Assembly (NCBI GenBank): GCA_040755995.1
Contig: JBFMAF010000015.1
Coordinates: 32,001-96,000 of the forward strand
Source of the DNA: Acidobacteriota bacterium
GTDB taxonomy: Bacteria > Acidobacteriota > CAIWXX01
Direction of reading: 5' to 3'
DNA: 64,000 nucleotides
Shown here: in pieces, positions 60,342-64,000 of the stretch
Numbering within the stretch: the stretch's first letter is position 1
How the letters are laid out: every line of letters begins with the position of its first letter
Program-made: the position numbers and the translations under genes
Notes under the pieces: generated by a model
The model's input: the letters and a program-made list of their open reading frames with translations, nothing else
Databases searched by the model: none
Told to the model about the DNA's origin: nothing

Positions 60342-61259
60342 ATGGGGTCAGGATCCCCGCCTTTTGCAGGACGGCGGTACCGCAGACTCGCAGACGAGAT
60401 CAGGCGCGAGTTCGGCGAGCGTCTTTACAAGGTGACAATCGACGCGGGCATGACCTGCCCGGTTCGCGACGGCCGGCTCGGAGCCGGCGGCTGCGCGTTC
60501 TGCGGGCCCGAGGGCTCGGGGCCGGGTCGAGACTCCGCGCTGTCGATTGAGGAGCAGATACGAATCAGGAGGCGCGGCCGCCCGGGACGCTTCATCGCCT
60601 ACCTGCAAGCCTTCACCAACACCTACTGTGCGCCGGAGACGCTGGATTCGATCCTCGAAAGACTCTCGGCGGAGGCCGGTGTCGCCGCCATCGCGATCGG
60701 CACCCGCCCGGACTGCGTGCCGGAGGAGACGCTTCGAGTGATCGCACGATGGGCCCAGCTGAGGAAGATCTGGATGGAGTACGGCCTTCAGAGCGTCCAT
60801 CTGCGCACACTGCTGGCTATCCGACGCGGCCACACGCCGGCGGATTTCAGCGACGCGTGCACCCGCACACGCGCGCACGGGCTGGAGGTCGTCGCCCACG
60901 TGATCCTCGGGCTGCCCGGAGAAACCCGAGAAGACATGAACGAGACAGCGCGAGCGCTGACTGCGCATCGTGTCAACGGCGTGAAGATCCACATGCTCAA
61001 TATCGTGAGAGGATCGAAGATGGCGGAGGCCTACGAGCGAGGTGAAATCGAGCTTCTCACGTGCGAGCAATACGTCGGTGCGGTATGCGACTTCCTGGAG
61101 AGGCTCGACGAGTCGATCACGATCCACAGGCTGACCGGCGAGCACCCCCCGTGGGAGTTGATCGCGCCGGAATGGGTGCTGGACAAGAGTCGAGTGCTCA
61201 GGATGATCGACGAGGAGCTCATCAGGCGCGACAGCTGGCAGGGCCGACTGGCCCTGTGA
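60342..61259 (+). CDS. TIGR01212/YhcC-like radical SAM protein
   Basis: IDAGMTCP.RDG....GGCAFC, YLQAFTNTY, IGTRPDC, EYGLQS, HVILGLPGE, IHRLTG. Confidence 0.92.
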   Translation: MGSGSPPFAGRRYRRLADEIRREFGERLYKVTIDAGMTCPVRDGRLGAGGCAFCGPEGSGPGRDSALSIEEQIRIRRRGRPGRFIAYLQAFTNTYCAPETLDSILERLSAEAGVAAIAIGTRPDCVPEETLRVIARWAQLRKIWMEYGLQSVHLRTLLAIRRGHTPADFSDACTRTRAHGLEVVAHVILGLPGETREDMNETARALTAHRVNGVKIHMLNIVRGSKMAEAYERGEIELLTCEQYVGAVCDFLERLDESITIHRLTGEHPPWELIAPEWVLDKSRVLRMIDEELIRRDSWQGRLAL

Positions 61260-61317
61260 TTCATCTCACACATTCCTCGGCCCGGAATAGCTATAATATA
61301 GACGAGGAGTGACTGCA

Positions 61318-61701
61318 ATGAAGAGCTTGGTTGTGTTGGCCGGGATGCTTTGCCTGTTTGCCGTCAATGTGTCTGCGGACTATTACGAGTACAACGGGGA
61401 CTGGCGATCGGTCTACATCTACAATAAGCCGTCGCAGCAGCAGGGTGGCTACTATGCCTATCCCGGGGACTGGCGCGCCGTCTACATGGCACCCTACAGC
61501 CCGTACCGTTGTGACAGGCCGCATTACTCGCGCGGACTCTGGATCGGTCCCTGCGGGCCGACCCTGATCATCTGGACGCCTTACTATCCGTATCTGAGAG
61601 GATGGTTCGGCCCCAGCTTCTCCGGACACGATCGTGGTCATTTCTACTTCGGCGGCCATGCCCGGCGCGATCCGCGGTTCACGTTCGGCCCGCGCAGGTG
61701 A
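61318..61701 (+). CDS. Hypothetical secreted Tyr/Gly/Pro-rich protein
   Basis: TATAAT and SD GAGGAG upstream; signal peptide; GDWRxVY occurs twice. Confidence 0.65.
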   Translation: MKSLVVLAGMLCLFAVNVSADYYEYNGDWRSVYIYNKPSQQQGGYYAYPGDWRAVYMAPYSPYRCDRPHYSRGLWIGPCGPTLIIWTPYYPYLRGWFGPSFSGHDRGHFYFGGHARRDPRFTFGPRR

Positions 61702-62038
61702 ATAGCGCCCGTTCCGCCCGGCAAGACGTGTCCGGCCGGGATCCATAGGGCCGCGCTCGACTGCCACCTCAAGGCGCCTCTGGTGCCGGACGGGCGGGCA
61801 GCGCGCGGTTGCCGCTGCAATGCGCGTCTGCTTCCCGTGCCGGATGAGGCCCGTCTATTGCGCGTCGGACGCGGGGAGGCTGTAAGGGGGAGAAGCGGAG
61901 AGCGGGGCTGCAGCTCTTCACCGCGTCTCCGCGTCACCGCGCTTCCGCGTCGCACGCGACCGTGAACCGCCATATCTTGTAGCTGCCCGCTCCGCAGCCG
62001 GAACAACCTGCTATAATAGGCGGTTCGAAGTGTGCGAG

Positions 62039-62683
62039 ATGAAACTGTATCTGATTCGGCATGGTGAGACCGACTGGAACAAGAGCAATCTTGTCCAGGG
62101 ATGGAGCGAGTCGGACCTGAATGCGAACGGGCAGTGGCAGGCAGAGATGCTTGCGAAGAGGTTCCAGCAGTCCGGTGAGCGTCTCACTGCCGTGTACACT
62201 TCGCCGCTCAGGCGCGCGCTGCAGACGGCCATGCCGACCGCAGAGATGGCCGGCATTCGGCCCGTTGAGGATCCCGATCTGAGGGAAATGCGATGCGGGG
62301 CCTGGGAAGGGCTCAACTTCGATGAACTGAAGGTGATCCATCCGGAGGCGTTTCAGGCCTGGGCCGACTCGGCCGAGAACCGCATACTCGGTGGAGGCGA
62401 GAGCATCCGCGACCTGCTGGAACGCGCCGTCGGTTCACTCGGCCGCATAGTCGGCGCGCATGAGGACGGCGACAGCGTGGCCGTTTTCACGCACGGCGGT
62501 GTCATCCGCGTGCTGCTGGCTCACCTTCTCGGTGTCGACCTCCAGATCGCCCGCCGCTGCAACCAGGACAACGCATCCATCAACTTTTTTCATCGCAGGC
62601 TGGGGATCTTCCTGTTGGTTCGCTGGAACGATATCTCCCATCTGATCTGCGGGGGAAACGGGCGCCAGCCGAGCCGGTCATGA
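62039..62683 (+). CDS. Histidine phosphatase family protein
   Basis: LIRHGETDWN, SPLRRALQT, LREM..G.WEG, THGGVIR, WNDISHL. Confidence 0.93.
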   Translation: MKLYLIRHGETDWNKSNLVQGWSESDLNANGQWQAEMLAKRFQQSGERLTAVYTSPLRRALQTAMPTAEMAGIRPVEDPDLREMRCGAWEGLNFDELKVIHPEAFQAWADSAENRILGGGESIRDLLERAVGSLGRIVGAHEDGDSVAVFTHGGVIRVLLAHLLGVDLQIARRCNQDNASINFFHRRLGIFLLVRWNDISHLICGGNGRQPSRS

Positions 62684-64000
62684 TCCAATTCCAGCGAAAA
62701 CTCCGGGAGGCCCTGACACAGAGGGCCCCGCAGCTCGCTGAGATACCGTTCTCATTCGAGTATCCTCCGAGCCCGGCCATGGGTGACTTGTCGATCGCGG
62801 CGGCGTTCGATCTGGCCAAGCGGCTCAGGCGCAAGCCTAGGGAGATCGCGCAGGAGATCGCGGGCCTGTTGAAGGACCTCCCGATGGTTCGCAGAGTGGA
62901 TGTTGCAGGCGGCGGCTACGTGAATTTCTTCCTGGACCGGCCTGCGTTTCTGCGGTATCTGCTCGATGGCGGATCGGAATCGGCACGTACCGGCGGCGAA
63001 AAGGTGATCGTCGAGCACACCAATATCAATCCGAACAAGGCCGCACACGTCGGCCATCTGCGAAACGCCTGCCTCGGGGACACGCTGGTGCGGCTTTTGC
63101 GATACCAGGGGCACAGAGTCGAGGCTCAGAACTACATCGACGATACCGGCGTCCAGGTCGCGGACGTTGTTTGTGCCTTCATGCACGTGAAGGGCCTGAG
63201 CACGGAGCAGGTCGCAGCCATCCCCGACCCTTTCGATTACTTCTGCTGGGATCTGTACGCCGATTTCTCCGCGCGACTCGCGGGGGACCGGGAGCTGGAG
63301 GCGAAGCGCGACGAGACTCTGCACCTGATCGAGCAGGGCGGAAACGCGACGGCCGAGCTGGCGCGCGTTGTGGCGACTCGAATCGTCCGCGCCCATCTGG
63401 CCACGATGGCGCGCCTCGGCGTGCGATACGACCTGCTCGCCTGGGAGGGCGACATACTTCAGCGCCGCTTCTGGGCAAGCTGTTTCGAGATGCTGAAGAG
63501 GTCCGGAGCCGTGCAGCTCGCGACCGAGGGCAAGAACGCCGGATGCTGGGTCATGGAGATACCCGAGCTGCCCGAGGCCGAGAAGGTGATCGTGAGGAGC
63601 AACGGAGTCGTGACGTACGTGGGGAAGGATATCGCCTACCAGATGTGGAAGCTGGGTCTTCTGGGGCTCGACTTCCACTACGCCCCCTGGGACAAGTATC
63701 CCGACGGCTCGGTGCTCTGGACGACCTCGCGCACGCCGTCGGGCCCGCACCCGCCCTTCGGCCACGCGAGCCGCGTCTTCAACGTGATCGACGTCAGGCA
63801 GAGCTACCTGCAGAAGGTGGTGTACAAGGGGCTGCGGGCACTGGGCTACGAACGTGAAAGCGAGAATTCAGTTCACTTCTCCTACGAGATGGTGGCGCTG
63901 ACTCCGGCCTGCGCCCGCGAGCTCGGATACGAGCTCAGCGCGGAGGATGAGAAGAGGGCCTTCATCGAGGTCAGCGGGCGCAAGGGGCTGGGGGTCAAGG
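62680..64000 (+). CDS. argS: Arginine--tRNA ligase (partial, continues beyond the window)
   Basis: ATG overlaps the upstream stop (ATGA); GGGYVNF, VIVEHTNINPNKAAHVGHLRNA (HIGH motif), NYIDDTGVQ, RSNGVVTYVGKDIAYQ, NVIDVRQSY, EVSGRKG. Not in the ORF track because it has no stop in the window. Confidence 0.95.
   Translation, partial: MIQFQRKLREALTQRAPQLAEIPFSFEYPPSPAMGDLSIAAAFDLAKRLRRKPREIAQEIAGLLKDLPMVRRVDVAGGGYVNFFLDRPAFLRYLLDGGSESARTGGEKVIVEHTNINPNKAAHVGHLRNACLGDTLVRLLRYQGHRVEAQNYIDDTGVQVADVVCAFMHVKGLSTEQVAAIPDPFDYFCWDLYADFSARLAGDRELEAKRDETLHLIEQGGNATAELARVVATRIVRAHLATMARLGVRYDLLAWEGDILQRRFWASCFEMLKRSGAVQLATEGKNAGCWVMEIPELPEAEKVIVRSNGVVTYVGKDIAYQMWKLGLLGLDFHYAPWDKYPDGSVLWTTSRTPSGPHPPFGHASRVFNVIDVRQSYLQKVVYKGLRALGYERESENSVHFSYEMVALTPACARELGYELSAEDEKRAFIEVSGRKGLGVK

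Noticed and set aside
60342..61701. Radical SAM plus small repetitive peptide as a RiPP cluster
   Set aside because: The enzyme is a TIGR01212-type protein with no SPASM or RRE domain, and the small ORF has its own promoter and a Sec-type signal.

Overview
High-GC bacterial chromosomal window. The GWxTD, Acidobacteria-type VWA and sulfatase-TPR genes suggest Acidobacteriota or a relative (inference). Most of it is housekeeping or envelope genes: mltG, ruvX, ECF ATPase, pgm, fur, clpS/clpA, pyrE, bioY, sthA, a ChvI/ChvG-like two-component pair, rfbABD, argS, tRNA-Asp and tRNA-Arg(UCG). Highlights: (1) an ORF missing from the supplied track (minus strand, 2302 to beyond base 1) in which a complete radical-SAM glycyl-radical activating enzyme is fused in frame to a glycyl radical enzyme; (2) a 9.1-kb satellite/plasmid-like element integrated in tRNA-Arg, with a 49-bp attL/attR repeat, an intact-looking tyrosine integrase, candidate arm sites, two HTH excisionase-like genes, a primase-helicase, a dif-like Xer site and secreted cargo, followed by a decayed second element carrying a Panacea toxin-antitoxin pair; (3) a gap-free 989-bp inverted duplication (RHH gene, ORF6N, truncated integrase) spanning both elements, whose ORF6N genes contain coding palindromes with a compensatory substitution; (4) a small TA-flanked MITE-like family, GTAG-type REPs and signs of frequent leaderless transcription. 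No CRISPR array, rRNA or phage structural genes were seen. All product calls come from motif recognition by eye; no database searches were run.
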